Part shown: in pieces, positions 38,870-49,633 of the stretch | Position numbering within the stretch: position 1 is the first letter of the stretch | How the letters are laid out: the number at the start of each line of letters is the position of its first letter | Source of the DNA: Saprospiraceae bacterium | GTDB lineage: Bacteria; Bacteroidota; Bacteroidia; Chitinophagales; Saprospiraceae | DNA length: 64,000 nt | Assembly: GCA_016714445.1 (NCBI GenBank) | Contig: JADJNF010000004.1 | Span: 183,861-247,860, forward strand | Direction of reading: 5' to 3' | Position numbers and translations under genes: made by a program | The notes under the pieces: generated by a model | Databases searched by the model: none | Told to the model about the DNA's origin: nothing | The model's input: only the letters and a program-made list of their open reading frames with translations

Positions 38870-39317
38870 GCTTGAAATGCACAATGATGTCTTAATGGCC
38901 AATAAAATTCCGGTCTATGTTCTACCGGCAAAGGTTAAGTTTCACTTTGATGAAGGTAGGAAGTTTGAAGATGATATCAGAAAGTTTCTTTTGGATTTTG
39001 AAGTATAAGATATAATTAATGTACTATTTGAATGAATACAGTTACTTTTGCATCAGACGGCCATAAATGTTAATGCTGAAGTAAATCAATACATGGAATT
39101 CGGTCTTTTAAATGTGATGCAAATTGCCGGAGCTATAGGTATTTTTATCTATGGTATGAAGCTCATGAGTGAAGGAATACAACGAGCAGCAGGAAATCAA
39201 CTTAGAAATACACTCAGCAATCTGACCAATAATAAATGGCTAGGGTTTTTAACAGGATTTATTGTCACTGGACTGATCCAATCTTCTTCAGCCACCACTG
39301 TAATGATCGTTAGTTTT
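38870..39317 (+). repeat. Long direct repeat DR2 (lpxK 3' pseudo-fragment 38870-39008, intergenic, intact transporter 5' end)
   Basis: See DR1. The lpxK fragment encodes ...LEMHNDVLMANKIPVYVLPAKVKFHFDEGRKFEDDIRKFLLDFEV*. Confidence 0.8.
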
Positions 39318-40793
39318 GTCAATGCCGGATTGCTGTCCGTAGTACAATCTGCCGGACTCATTATGGGAGCAAATGTCGGCACCACTGTGACAGGGTGGTT
39401 GGTTTCCTTATTTGGCTTCAAAGTCAGCCTGATTGAATATTCTGTTCCACTATTTGCTATCGGAGTACCCATGCTTTTTGTTTACAAAGCAAAAATGAAA
39501 TATTGGGGAGAATGTATCATTGGATTTTCTCTGATATTTTTAGGCCTTGGCTTTCTGAGGGATGCAGTTCCTGAGTTTACAGAACAATCATTGCTTTTTG
39601 AGTGGTTAAAAGAGTTTACCCAAAACGGAATTTGGTCCAGATTGTTTTTTGTTGTGGTGGGTATCATCATTGCGGCGATTGTACAATCATCAAGTGTGGC
39701 CATGGCTGTTACCTTGACCATGTGTGCACAGGGTTGGCTGCCACTTGAGATCGCTGCTTCTCTTATTTTAGGTGAGAATATTGGTACCACTACTACGGCC
39801 TTGATAGCGTCCTTAATCGCAAATAAAGAAGCCAAAACAGCGTCCCGAGTACATTTTTTGTTTAACGTGATCGGAGTGATGTGGATGGTATTGTTGTTGC
39901 CCTGGTTTTTACCTGTGTTGTCTTCCTTCCTTAACTTCGCTTTTGGAACCGTCGACATTTACAATAATCATCTCGACATGACTATAGGATTGTCTGCTTT
40001 TCACACTGCATTTAATCTGATAAATTCATTGATACTGATCAATTTTATAGCTCCATTGTCAAAATTGGCATCGATCGGATTGCAAACAGAAGATACTTAC
40101 TCCATAATAAAAGACAAAACAAGAATAAAGTTTTTGGAAAACACAGGTAATATGCCTGAAATGGCTACGATTCAGTTGCAAAAAGAGACTAAAAGATTTG
40201 GAGAGATTATAATTGCCATGTCCTCTTCTTTTAAAGAAATCATAAATACTACTGATATTAAAAAACAGCAAAAACTTATTAAAAGAACCAAACAATATGA
40301 AGAACTCACAGATCAACTTGAGGTAGAGATCACAGAGTATATCACACTTTTATCCAAAGAAGAAATGACTTCTCAGACCAGCCTGATATTAAGGACTATT
40401 TTAAACATTTGTAATGATCTGGAAAGAATAGCGGATATTTACCTTCAATTATCCATGGTCCTCCAGAAAAAAATCGAAGAAAACATATATTTTATACCTG
40501 AACAGAGAGAAAAAATTAACGAGCTGGCATCTCTGGTGGAAGACGCCATCAGGATAATGAATGAAAACCTTGCTGAAACAGATTACAGAAGTGTAAAAAA
40601 ATATCAGGCAGTAAAATCAGAAAAACAGATCAATCAGTACAGAGATCTTATGCGGGAAGAACATCTTAATCGCATGGGTCAGCCAGATTACAATATAAAA
40701 TCGGCAATGGTATATAATAATGTATTTCAGTCTTTGGAAAGAATAGGCGATCATGTAGTAAATGTAACGGAAGCAGTTGTAGGAGAAATTTAA
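39048..40793 (+). CDS. Na+/phosphate cotransporter family protein (NptA/YjbB-like with PhoU-like C-terminus)
   Basis: GMKLMSEGIQ...LIQSSSATTVMIV and second repeat IVQSSSVAMAVTLT, Na/Pi-cotransporter II-related motifs. C-terminal helical PhoU-like region. Confidence 0.75.
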   Translation: MHQTAINVNAEVNQYMEFGLLNVMQIAGAIGIFIYGMKLMSEGIQRAAGNQLRNTLSNLTNNKWLGFLTGFIVTGLIQSSSATTVMIVSFVNAGLLSVVQSAGLIMGANVGTTVTGWLVSLFGFKVSLIEYSVPLFAIGVPMLFVYKAKMKYWGECIIGFSLIFLGLGFLRDAVPEFTEQSLLFEWLKEFTQNGIWSRLFFVVVGIIIAAIVQSSSVAMAVTLTMCAQGWLPLEIAASLILGENIGTTTTALIASLIANKEAKTASRVHFLFNVIGVMWMVLLLPWFLPVLSSFLNFAFGTVDIYNNHLDMTIGLSAFHTAFNLINSLILINFIAPLSKLASIGLQTEDTYSIIKDKTRIKFLENTGNMPEMATIQLQKETKRFGEIIIAMSSSFKEIINTTDIKKQQKLIKRTKQYEELTDQLEVEITEYITLLSKEEMTSQTSLILRTILNICNDLERIADIYLQLSMVLQKKIEENIYFIPEQREKINELASLVEDAIRIMNENLAETDYRSVKKYQAVKSEKQINQYRDLMREEHLNRMGQPDYNIKSAMVYNNVFQSLERIGDHVVNVTEAVVGEI

Positions 40794-40819
40794 TTTTAAT
40801 TTAGGAATATTCAGAACAC

Positions 40820-43800
40820 CTAATCTTCAATAGACAACACCCCGTTTAGTTCATTGGTAAAACTCGATCCGGGAGCAATGATGATTTCATTTCCAGATAT
40901 ATTTCTTACAGTGACATTACCGGCATTTATCACATTGCCAAAATTATAAAATCCAGTACTGATACCGCTATTTACATAACTATCAATGATCAATGTTCCA
41001 CTATTAGTAAGTGATCCGGTAACATTATTTGAAAATGATCTTACTCCAGAATACCCAATAGATATAGTTCCTATGCTGTTGTTGTAAATAATCCCCGCGT
41101 TATTTATTCCAAAGAGTGCACTGTCAAGTATATTATGAATGGAAATGGTTCCGTTATTTGTAATGTTTCCGGAGTTTACAAGATTTAAACCGTGATCTAT
41201 GGTCAGGAAGGAATTGGGACGTACTTCAAGATTTTTATTCGTCTGAATAGTGACAGACCTGGCTACCGCTGTTTGTCCGGATTCAATTATAATACGGATG
41301 CCATCAGTGCCTGACAGCACTACATTCTGACATCTTTGTGGCACCATACCGAGACTCCAGTTGGATGCAGTATGCCAGAATCCTGTACTTGCTATCCATG
41401 TATTTGTCACCGGATTAGCTATGTCATCGATCTTTCCATTACAATTATTGTCCTTGGCATCACAGAGTTCAGGATTGCCGGGAAAAACTGTATTATCGTT
41501 ATCATTACAATCTCCCAATCCCCGGCAATACCCGTCATTGTCTTCATCGCCGCCATCACCGGTGGTACAATACGTATTAAAAGAAATATTGCCTGCCAGA
41601 TTTGGGTTGTTGGAAAAATTAAATGATTTCTGACAAAATATACCGTAACCTGAAGGAATACATCCGCTCAGGTTATTATTATTGACATACAGCAAACTTA
41701 GATTTATGGATGGCAGTGTAGTTGGCAATCCTCCGGTGAGGAGATTGCCATCCAGATACAAATTTTTAAGCGTAGGAATGCTGCCAAGGTTAGATGGAAT
41801 AGAGCCGGTAAAATCATTATTGCCCAGATCAATGGTGTTTAAAAAGCCGAATGAATTAAAAAAAGAAGGAAGGTTGCCCGTCAGGTTATTACCGTAAATT
41901 TTGAATGTATGAAGATAACTAATATTGGCTAATGATGCAGGTATATTATTCCCGGTAAGATTATTTGAAGGAAGATTTATGGTACTAACTCTTCCCAGCT
42001 CATTGCAGGTGATTCCATACCAGCTGCACACGTTACAATTTGTGCCAGCTGCACCATTTTGCCAGCCTGTCTTGTTGATCCATGACGGACCACCAGTCGC
42101 ATTATAAAAAGACACTAACGCAGCGAAATCAGGATGACACGGTACAGAATTATTATAGGCGCATATGTTAAAAGTGCCTTCATTATCGCTTCCATAATCC
42201 ACCAGTCTGATAAAAACTACTTCCCCGGAAGTGCGACTGGTAAGGGTAAGCAACGCATGATTTAGTGCACCGGAATTATCATCACATCCGATATTTGTCA
42301 GTGAACCACAATTACCCGAGTATGCCTGAATGATTACATCTGTTAGCCCGCCCGATGCCTGAGACGTTTCGATGGTGACACTGCCGGAAGATGGTACGGT
42401 CACTTTAAACCATACATCTTTGCTGGTTCCTGAATTGCCACATGAAAAAGCCGGCAATCCACTGGACATCGCATTTTGATTTGTAAAAGTGTAATTGCTG
42501 CAGCTATTGGTTACCGGTAGATTTATTGCATCTACGCAATTGTCATTGATGTTAGGAAGGCTGTTGCAGGATGTACCTGTGTTACAGCTGGCATAAATAA
42601 ATTTTTCATACAAAACCTGACCTGCGATGGTGCCAAATCCATGATTCAGATTGATGCCTACACCTGCTATTAAATTGCATTTACTCATGATAGTACCTCC
42701 TCCTGCCGGCAATATAGGGTTTGCCACATTATAGCAAGACGTGCCTTCCGGAGTTTCCTGATTATTGTTAGCATGCACATTTCCACAATCATCAATTTGT
42801 ACCAAAGTATTATTCCAGACACAGGCATTGGTGTGCCTGAGACCCAGGACATGTCCCATTTCGTGCGCTACTACATAGGCATTATAAGAGTAATTTTGTT
42901 GTATTGTATTGTCTGATGTTAGGCTGGAACTTACACATTGTGGTCCTGGGTAGGACGGATAGGAATTACAAACACCTCCTATTCCATTGGATATTCCACC
43001 TCCCAATGGTCTGGTGGTCAATAAATGTGCAATGCGCCCGGTATAATTATTTTGGAGTGTATTTACAAATTGATTTCTGACTGTGCTTATGTCAGTCATG
43101 GAAGCATAAGGATCCTGTGTAGTCCAGATATTAATCTGACTTAATACCACAGGAACATCGTGAATAGCATATATGGTAGAAACATTCAGAAAAAGTGCAT
43201 TCACCCAATTTGTGGTTGCTGAAGGGGTACCAAATTGTAAGGAAGTATAACGATCTACCTCCATGTACACTTGCAGGCAATTTCCGCTTCTGGTACCTGA
43301 ATGATGATGATTGGATAAAGTGTGATCAATATTTGAAATTTCTGAACTACTATGACAGCTATGTCCTTTATTATCATTTTTATTGAGCTTACTTGTATAT
43401 TTTCCTTTTTCGGTCTGATAAATTTCAAAATTGCCCTCATCACATGCAATGAGATACTGAAGTTTGCTATCGCTTACAGAGAGTGTTGCCCAGCTATTAA
43501 CATCGCCCGCAATGTATCCCCGATAAAATAGGGATTCTCTGGTATCAGGAAATATTTCCTTTCCATCACCGGTTGTAATACGAAAATCAGAAGAATGGAT
43601 TTCAACTTGTTCAAAAGCAAGTTTTAGTTTTTTATTATTTACAATAATATTCTGAGAAAAAAAAGATGGTCTGTTCTGTATGAATGTTTCCAGCGTTTTT
43701 TCTGATATTTCATAATGGTCGAGGTTTATCACATCATGATTATTGATGCCTTGTCTTGCAGCATTATACTTTAACAGATCAGATGATTTATCCGGATATA

Positions 43801-43939
43801 AGTAAAGTTTTGATTCAATAGCTTTAATATAATTAGACTTAGCTATTCTTATACTTCCTTCATTTCGCTGGCAAAACAGAAGAGAGGAAGTGAATAAAAT
43901 TATGATTATAGAAATGTAGGAGAATGCACCTGAATTCAT
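40820..43939 (-). CDS. Large secreted multidomain zinc metalloprotease (HEXXHXXGXXH) with leucine-rich repeats and Cys/Asp-rich MopE-like motif
   Basis: VVAHEMGHVLGLRH metzincin motif. Plant-like LRRs (LTGNLPSFFNSFGFLNTIDLGNNDFTGSIPSNLGSIPTLKNLYLDGNLLTG). DGYCRGLGDCNDNDNTVFPGNPELCDAKDNNCNGKIDD. Confidence 0.6.
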   Translation of the reverse strand: MNSGAFSYISIIIILFTSSLLFCQRNEGSIRIAKSNYIKAIESKLYLYPDKSSDLLKYNAARQGINNHDVINLDHYEISEKTLETFIQNRPSFFSQNIIVNNKKLKLAFEQVEIHSSDFRITTGDGKEIFPDTRESLFYRGYIAGDVNSWATLSVSDSKLQYLIACDEGNFEIYQTEKGKYTSKLNKNDNKGHSCHSSSEISNIDHTLSNHHHSGTRSGNCLQVYMEVDRYTSLQFGTPSATTNWVNALFLNVSTIYAIHDVPVVLSQINIWTTQDPYASMTDISTVRNQFVNTLQNNYTGRIAHLLTTRPLGGGISNGIGGVCNSYPSYPGPQCVSSSLTSDNTIQQNYSYNAYVVAHEMGHVLGLRHTNACVWNNTLVQIDDCGNVHANNNQETPEGTSCYNVANPILPAGGGTIMSKCNLIAGVGINLNHGFGTIAGQVLYEKFIYASCNTGTSCNSLPNINDNCVDAINLPVTNSCSNYTFTNQNAMSSGLPAFSCGNSGTSKDVWFKVTVPSSGSVTIETSQASGGLTDVIIQAYSGNCGSLTNIGCDDNSGALNHALLTLTSRTSGEVVFIRLVDYGSDNEGTFNICAYNNSVPCHPDFAALVSFYNATGGPSWINKTGWQNGAAGTNCNVCSWYGITCNELGRVSTINLPSNNLTGNNIPASLANISYLHTFKIYGNNLTGNLPSFFNSFGFLNTIDLGNNDFTGSIPSNLGSIPTLKNLYLDGNLLTGGLPTTLPSINLSLLYVNNNNLSGCIPSGYGIFCQKSFNFSNNPNLAGNISFNTYCTTGDGGDEDNDGYCRGLGDCNDNDNTVFPGNPELCDAKDNNCNGKIDDIANPVTNTWIASTGFWHTASNWSLGMVPQRCQNVVLSGTDGIRIIIESGQTAVARSVTIQTNKNLEVRPNSFLTIDHGLNLVNSGNITNNGTISIHNILDSALFGINNAGIIYNNSIGTISIGYSGVRSFSNNVTGSLTNSGTLIIDSYVNSGISTGFYNFGNVINAGNVTVRNISGNEIIIAPGSSFTNELNGVLSIED

Positions 43940-44042
43940 ACGTTGGTTTTACAATATTATAATACTGGTTATACTGTAAATACTGGGGATGTGTTTTTTA
44001 AACGGTTCAGGCGATGAATACCCTACCAAACATAAGGCTCAT

Positions 44043-44573
44043 TTACCATGTCTTTTCGACAGCAGGGTTTTTTACCCATTGGCTCCATTTTTTATTGTAT
44101 GTATGGATTCTGTTTGAACTCTTACCTGAGTTGTCAGTAATTTCATATCCTTCGTTTACCCATTCAAATATACTGCCGTAAAGATTGTATACTTTTTTAA
44201 AGCCTGCTTTTTTAAGTTTTGTGGCTATTTTTTCGCTTCTGTACCCTATCGAACAATAGACGATGATCTTGCTTTCTTTTGAAAGGTCGTTTACGGAATG
44301 GATTGAAAAATCATCATATCCTATAAACCTTGAACCTGGTATATGTGATACCTTATATTCTTCAAATTCGCGGGCATCCAGAAAAATGTAATTTGATTTA
44401 TTGTTGAACGCATCTTTAACGTTGATCACCGGAGACGTATAGGACAAATAACTATCTACTTTTTTGTCAAATGCAGGGTCTGCACAAGAAGCAGTTTTTA
44501 CATATTGTGCAGATACACCTGTTGCTGTCAAAATGATCGAAAAGATGAGATTCTTTTTTAAAACTCTTATCAT
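44043..44573 (-). CDS. Rhodanese-domain sulfurtransferase-like protein
   Basis: Active-site loop VYCSIGYRS. Signal peptide. Confidence 0.6.
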   Translation of the reverse strand: MIRVLKKNLIFSIILTATGVSAQYVKTASCADPAFDKKVDSYLSYTSPVINVKDAFNNKSNYIFLDAREFEEYKVSHIPGSRFIGYDDFSIHSVNDLSKESKIIVYCSIGYRSEKIATKLKKAGFKKVYNLYGSIFEWVNEGYEITDNSGKSSNRIHTYNKKWSQWVKNPAVEKTW

Positions 44574-44590
44574 GGAACTTATGTATTTTT

Positions 44591-45661
44591 TTAACTGATT
44601 TTTTCAGGACCAGTTCCTACTTTGTCCCTGATTATTCTACCTTCATTACAGTAGGGCTTCAATTCATCCTGAATAAATGAATTTACCTGATTTTCAACTT
44701 CGTCCGGATACAACACATGAACATTTGGACCAGCATCAAGCGTAAAAAACACTGGTATCGATGTTTGTTCTCTGAATTTTTTTATCTTCCTGATGACGCT
44801 CAATGTTCCTTCTTCCATAAGGATATATGAAGGATCCGAGCACATCATCAACGCATGAAGTGTCATTGCCTCATCTTCTGCAATCTTACCAAAATCAGAA
44901 ATATTACCTTGTTTTAAGGCGGTTATAAGTGATTTCATGCGCTGATTTGCCTGTTGATATCTAACCGGAGCAAAAGGGTTGCCTTCCATAAGATTGTGAC
45001 CGGCAGTAGACGAAACACTTTTTTCTCCTGCACTTATGATCAGAATGTCATCATGAAAGGATTTAAAAACAGGATGAATCTGATGCCCGATACCTATGGC
45101 ATATTCATCTGATGATCCCGGGATGTCTTCATGATGCCCCCACACAGCTACTTCCGGATATATGGATCTGCAGGCACTCCCACTTCCCAACCGGGAAACT
45201 TCAGAAGCTTTTAAGTAGAAATTTTCGTCAAAATTAGTTTTATCATTCAACTGATTTTCAATATCACAAAGACATAAAGCCAGTGCTGACATACCTGAAG
45301 CGGATGAAGCAATTCCACTGCTGTGTGGAAAAGAATTGCTCGTATCAATATGAATGGAGTATTTTTTGAGGAAAGTAAAATATTCATCACAAATGCTGTT
45401 TAAAAACTTTTCAACTCTGGTTGAGAATGCCTGATTTTCTTTACCATTAAATATAAAATCCAGCTCTACCTTACCTGTTCTATTTTCATCTTTGATGGTT
45501 ACAAAAGTTCTGGTAGCAGCGGTACTTAAGGTAAAACTAACGGATGAATTGCGGGGTAACTGTTTACCGTGTTTACCCCAGTATTTTATCAGTGCTATGT
45601 TTGATGGACTTTCCCACCCTGCTTTTATAGGATTACTTGGCATTTCTGTTGAGTTTGACAT
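44591..45661 (-). CDS. mvaD: Diphosphomevalonate decarboxylase (GHMP kinase family)
   Basis: NIALIKYWGK N-terminal motif. GHMP motif SSGIASSASGMSALA. Confidence 0.8.
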   Translation of the reverse strand: MSNSTEMPSNPIKAGWESPSNIALIKYWGKHGKQLPRNSSVSFTLSTAATRTFVTIKDENRTGKVELDFIFNGKENQAFSTRVEKFLNSICDEYFTFLKKYSIHIDTSNSFPHSSGIASSASGMSALALCLCDIENQLNDKTNFDENFYLKASEVSRLGSGSACRSIYPEVAVWGHHEDIPGSSDEYAIGIGHQIHPVFKSFHDDILIISAGEKSVSSTAGHNLMEGNPFAPVRYQQANQRMKSLITALKQGNISDFGKIAEDEAMTLHALMMCSDPSYILMEEGTLSVIRKIKKFREQTSIPVFFTLDAGPNVHVLYPDEVENQVNSFIQDELKPYCNEGRIIRDKVGTGPEKIS

Positions 45662-46328
45662 ATTTCAGACTGGTTTCATTTTCTATACGGTATGACACAT
45701 CAAAATCCTGTAGTACAGCATCCAGTACAGGATATTGCCCTCTATTGTATCCTTCTTTCAGATCATAACTGTATAATTTTGAAAAAGCATTCCAATAGAA
45801 AGCCTTAAATCCACCTTTTAGATCTTTAATCATATGGTAAATGGGCTGCCCCGTTTCTTTTTCAATCATTTTGATCATTATTTTTCCCTGCAGTTTAGTG
45901 AGATTGGTCAAAGGTTCTTCAAACTCTTTGGTAAGTTGTTCTTCCAGTTCTGCGATTTTCTTTTTTTTCTCCTTTTTGCTCATGTGTTGAGAAACATACT
46001 CCAGTTCCCTGAATATCCTTATGGCTTCTTTTGCATACGGATATACCTTGGCAGCATAATTTCTGAAACGTAAATATTTACGATATTCTTCATCATTAGC
46101 AAAAGTTCTTAAAGCGGTAATACTCACATTGTCGAGGTCCACCAAAATCAGGGTATCACCATTTTCTGTAATCAGGGCAGGATATATCTTGCCTTCAATA
46201 GATAATTTGGTCTCAATACCACCATTCGGAACCTGAACCTGACCATCAACAGCCCATACAGCATGGAGGAATAAAAAGAACAATAATAAACGATTCATCG
46301 AATGTTTTTTGATGATATTGTAACGCAA
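45633..46328 (-). CDS. Hypothetical secreted protein
   Basis: Signal peptide LLFFLFLHAVWAVDG. Basic KKEKKKK segment. Confidence 0.4.
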   Translation of the reverse strand: MRYNIIKKHSMNRLLLFFLFLHAVWAVDGQVQVPNGGIETKLSIEGKIYPALITENGDTLILVDLDNVSITALRTFANDEEYRKYLRFRNYAAKVYPYAKEAIRIFRELEYVSQHMSKKEKKKKIAELEEQLTKEFEEPLTNLTKLQGKIMIKMIEKETGQPIYHMIKDLKGGFKAFYWNAFSKLYSYDLKEGYNRGQYPVLDAVLQDFDVSYRIENETSLKYVKLNRNAK

Positions 46329-46496
46329 AGTTATGTCAATTAGTTATCTCATTTGAATATCTTTAACATAACCGATATATTTGCAGAAAATATCAGGAGG
46401 ATTTTACTATTAGTGTGAGAAATTTACCTTTTTTTCATTCATTTCATATCTCTGATTTTTATTTACCTTGTTTATTTATTTAGAGCATTTTTACCT

Positions 46497-48188
46497 TTGA
46501 GAATTTTACTGATTGTAATTTCATGTCTTTTATCTTTCAAAGTATTTTGCCAGCACAGCCTGCAGAAACTCAGTTATCCGGTCAATACGGATTATCTGGA
46601 TGAAATCTGTCCCGTGGTTTCTTTTGAGGAGGATATATTATTTTTTACTCGTGTGGCTGACCGGCATTGTGAAAAGACGCTGTATGTTGACAGTATTAAT
46701 GTATTTTCAACGTTCAAAACCAATGAATATGAGCAAAAACTAAAACAGGTGTATTCCCAGATAGCTTCAATTCCTGTAGATGATCCATTGTCTTCCGGAT
46801 ATAACCAGGATATATGGTACACCAGGTTAGTCAATAACATGCCTCAGGGTATATTTCATCCCGAGTACCCTATAAATGATGTCCTGCCCAATAGCATTTG
46901 TGCTAATTTTGGCAAATCCAGTACATTTTTGGTTATCAATCAGTTTGCACCAATGGGTGGTATAGAAAGGGGATTTTCTATTACTAAAATGGAAAATCAG
47001 GAATTCACTTTTCCGGAACCAATCGAAATTCAGCATTTTAATAAAGCAGCTTCTGAATTAAATATCACATCAAGCCTGGACTCAACAATATTGATTTTGT
47101 CTATGGATGATAGTCAGGGCATGGGCGATATGGATGTATATGTATGTTTTAAATTGGGAAACAATAAGTACAGTTTGCCAATAAATATCGGAAAAGACAT
47201 CAATACAGCGTATCGCGAATCTACTCCAATGCTGAGCCATGATATGAAAACATTGTATTTTACATCTGACAGACCCGGAGGTAGAGGAGGCAAAGATATT
47301 TATTACGCAGAAAGGAAAGATTTTACATATACATCCTGGACTGCCCCGATGACATTTGATCCTCCGGTAAATAGTGTTTATGATGATTCTCACCCGCACT
47401 TGCTTAAGAATAATAATATTTTTTATTTTACCTCTAATCGGGATGGTACCAGTGATATATTCCAGGCAAAACTTTTAAGAGAAAAATTACAAAAGGAAAT
47501 AATTATAAACGTAAAAATTATCAATGGCGATACAGGAAAACCCATGCCCGGAGAGCTTATATGGGGTGAAGCGTACAAACAGGAAAGACCGGGATATTTC
47601 AGATCTAAAGATGGGGTTTGCAGGTATAAGTTTTTTGAAAATAAACCTGTAGTCTTTAAAGCCATCAATAGAAACCTGTACAGCGGAGAGAAAATAATCG
47701 ATCCGCAGGAACTCATTAATCAGAATATCAGCGAGATGACACTGGAACTTATCCTTTACGGGGATGACCGGCCTGTCACACAAAAAGTTAAAGAAAACAC
47801 AGAGCCACAAAATATAGAAAACGGACTAAGTGAGCTTGAACTAAACAGAACGATTCTGCTCAATAATATTTATTTTGAAAGGACAAAAGCAGTTGTTTTG
47901 CCGGAATCGTATCCCACACTTCAAAAATTAGCTGATGTGCTTTTGTCCAGATCGCGCCTTTACATCAGTATTATTGGCCATACGGATAATGTAGGCGACA
48001 AAACTGCACTTAAAACACTTTCAGAAGACAGGGCCATGTCTATCAAACAGGTTCTTATTGAAAAAGGCGTTCCTGACTATAGGGTAAATACCATAGGTTA
48101 TGGAGATACCAGGCCCATTGCACCCAATGATACCGAAGAAAACAAAAGCAAAAACAGAAGAGTAGAAATTAAAGTGATATCGCAATAA
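46497..48188 (+). CDS. OmpA-family protein with N-terminal TolB-like beta-propeller repeats
   Basis: C-terminal OmpA domain NIYFERTKAVVL...IIGHTDNVGD...NRRVEIKV. Signal peptide. Confidence 0.7.
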   Translation: MRILLIVISCLLSFKVFCQHSLQKLSYPVNTDYLDEICPVVSFEEDILFFTRVADRHCEKTLYVDSINVFSTFKTNEYEQKLKQVYSQIASIPVDDPLSSGYNQDIWYTRLVNNMPQGIFHPEYPINDVLPNSICANFGKSSTFLVINQFAPMGGIERGFSITKMENQEFTFPEPIEIQHFNKAASELNITSSLDSTILILSMDDSQGMGDMDVYVCFKLGNNKYSLPINIGKDINTAYRESTPMLSHDMKTLYFTSDRPGGRGGKDIYYAERKDFTYTSWTAPMTFDPPVNSVYDDSHPHLLKNNNIFYFTSNRDGTSDIFQAKLLREKLQKEIIINVKIINGDTGKPMPGELIWGEAYKQERPGYFRSKDGVCRYKFFENKPVVFKAINRNLYSGEKIIDPQELINQNISEMTLELILYGDDRPVTQKVKENTEPQNIENGLSELELNRTILLNNIYFERTKAVVLPESYPTLQKLADVLLSRSRLYISIIGHTDNVGDKTALKTLSEDRAMSIKQVLIEKGVPDYRVNTIGYGDTRPIAPNDTEENKSKNRRVEIKVISQ

Positions 48189-48189
48189 T

Positions 48190-48753
48190 TCAATGGGCAA
48201 AATCCAGATTTAGCCAATCGTCCACTGTATTCAAATTTTTAAAATTTTGCAAATTAGAAGGCATATTTTTTACAATTTTTTGCTGTTTTAGAAATTGCTG
48301 AATTGACCTGCCACCAGATATGAAGTATTCTTCCAGCAAATCAAGCACTTCTTTTTCCCAGATGGACAGCATAGGTTCGTAGTGTCCTGTACTATCATTG
48401 TAAAACATGGTGCAGCCCTTTTTGTCATTATGTTGATGTATTAATGTTGTTATTTCGTCATCAGTTATCAAAGGTAAATCACAGGAAATTATCAGTAATC
48501 GTTCCTGAATGTATCTATGACAGGAAATGATTCCTCCCAGCGGACCTTCGCCATCAAATAGATCCTGAATGGTCGGATATTCAAATGTAAAGTGTGATTT
48601 CTGGTGTGGATTTGCTGATAAGTAAATTTTGTCACAAAAAGGAGCAATTTTTTCTGCTGCTATTTTATACAATGGCAAGTCTCCGAGAAATAACATAGAT
48701 TTGTCTTGCCCCATTCTGCTGCTTTTCCCACCAATAAGTACAACTCCGGTCAT
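48190..48753 (-). CDS. mobA: Molybdenum cofactor guanylyltransferase
   Basis: GVVLIGGKSSRMGQDKSMLFLG MobA motif. Start taken at the internal MTGVV; the ORF track extends to 48861. Confidence 0.7.
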   Translation of the reverse strand: MTGVVLIGGKSSRMGQDKSMLFLGDLPLYKIAAEKIAPFCDKIYLSANPHQKSHFTFEYPTIQDLFDGEGPLGGIISCHRYIQERLLIISCDLPLITDDEITTLIHQHNDKKGCTMFYNDSTGHYEPMLSIWEKEVLDLLEEYFISGGRSIQQFLKQQKIVKNMPSNLQNFKNLNTVDDWLNLDFAH

Positions 48754-48766
48754 ATCAATTTGATTC

Positions 48767-49633
48767 TTATTGCCGGATGCGTTGGCTGCCACTATATGTG
48801 TTAAATCCGGTCTTTTTGAGAAACCCAATAAGTGTCTGCCTGTTTTCAATAGCCAGCTCAATGGCCAGACTGGATGGTGCTCCGACAGCAGCTATCACAG
48901 GGATACCCGCCATGGCAGCTTTTTGTACCAGCTCAAAACTTGCTCTGCCACTGAGCAATAATATGTGTTCGTCGAGTGGCAATCTCCCTGCCATGAGTGT
49001 GTGACCAATCAGTTTGTCAAGTGCATTGTGTCTTCCTACATCTTCGCTATGAAAGAGATATCTGCCGTCAGGTGTAAATAAGGCACAGGCATGAAGTCCC
49101 CCGGTCAATTCAAATGCCGACTGAACAGTTAACAACCGCTCTTGCAGGGTAAATAATATATTGTCGTCGACGATAATATTTTTGCGTGGGGGAATGTACA
49201 TGGATTTTGCTGTGATGGCGTCTATGGATGCTTTTCCGCATACACCACAACTCGAAGTGCTGTAGAAATTTCTTTCCATCGACTCCGCCTGAATGATAAA
49301 GCCATCTTCTGGTAAAACATCCACCGTATTTTCATCTTTTTGTTTAACATCTGCAATGGCATTGTAGTCATTTATAAGGCCTTCGGTAAATAAAAATCCC
49401 AATGCCAATGCCACATCATCACCGGGAGTACGCATAGTAATACTGACTGGTTTTCCTTTGACCTCAATTTGTAATGGGGCTTCTACGGCAACAAAATCCT
49501 GAAAAGAAGAAACTATTCCTGTTTTATTTCTTTGAATCGTGACTTCCTTTATCTGTGATTTATGTCTGCCATTGTCAATCATGGGAAGATACAGTTGACT
49601 GAGGATGGGTATAGAGGTCGGATTCATCTTCAT
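48767..49633 (-). CDS. fdhD: Formate dehydrogenase accessory sulfurtransferase
   Basis: FdhD cysteine motif STSSCGVCGKASID and C-terminal HNALDKLIG...LLSGRASFELVQKAAMAGIPV. Confidence 0.8.
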   Translation of the reverse strand: MKMNPTSIPILSQLYLPMIDNGRHKSQIKEVTIQRNKTGIVSSFQDFVAVEAPLQIEVKGKPVSITMRTPGDDVALALGFLFTEGLINDYNAIADVKQKDENTVDVLPEDGFIIQAESMERNFYSTSSCGVCGKASIDAITAKSMYIPPRKNIIVDDNILFTLQERLLTVQSAFELTGGLHACALFTPDGRYLFHSEDVGRHNALDKLIGHTLMAGRLPLDEHILLLSGRASFELVQKAAMAGIPVIAAVGAPSSLAIELAIENRQTLIGFLKKTGFNTYSGSQRIRQ

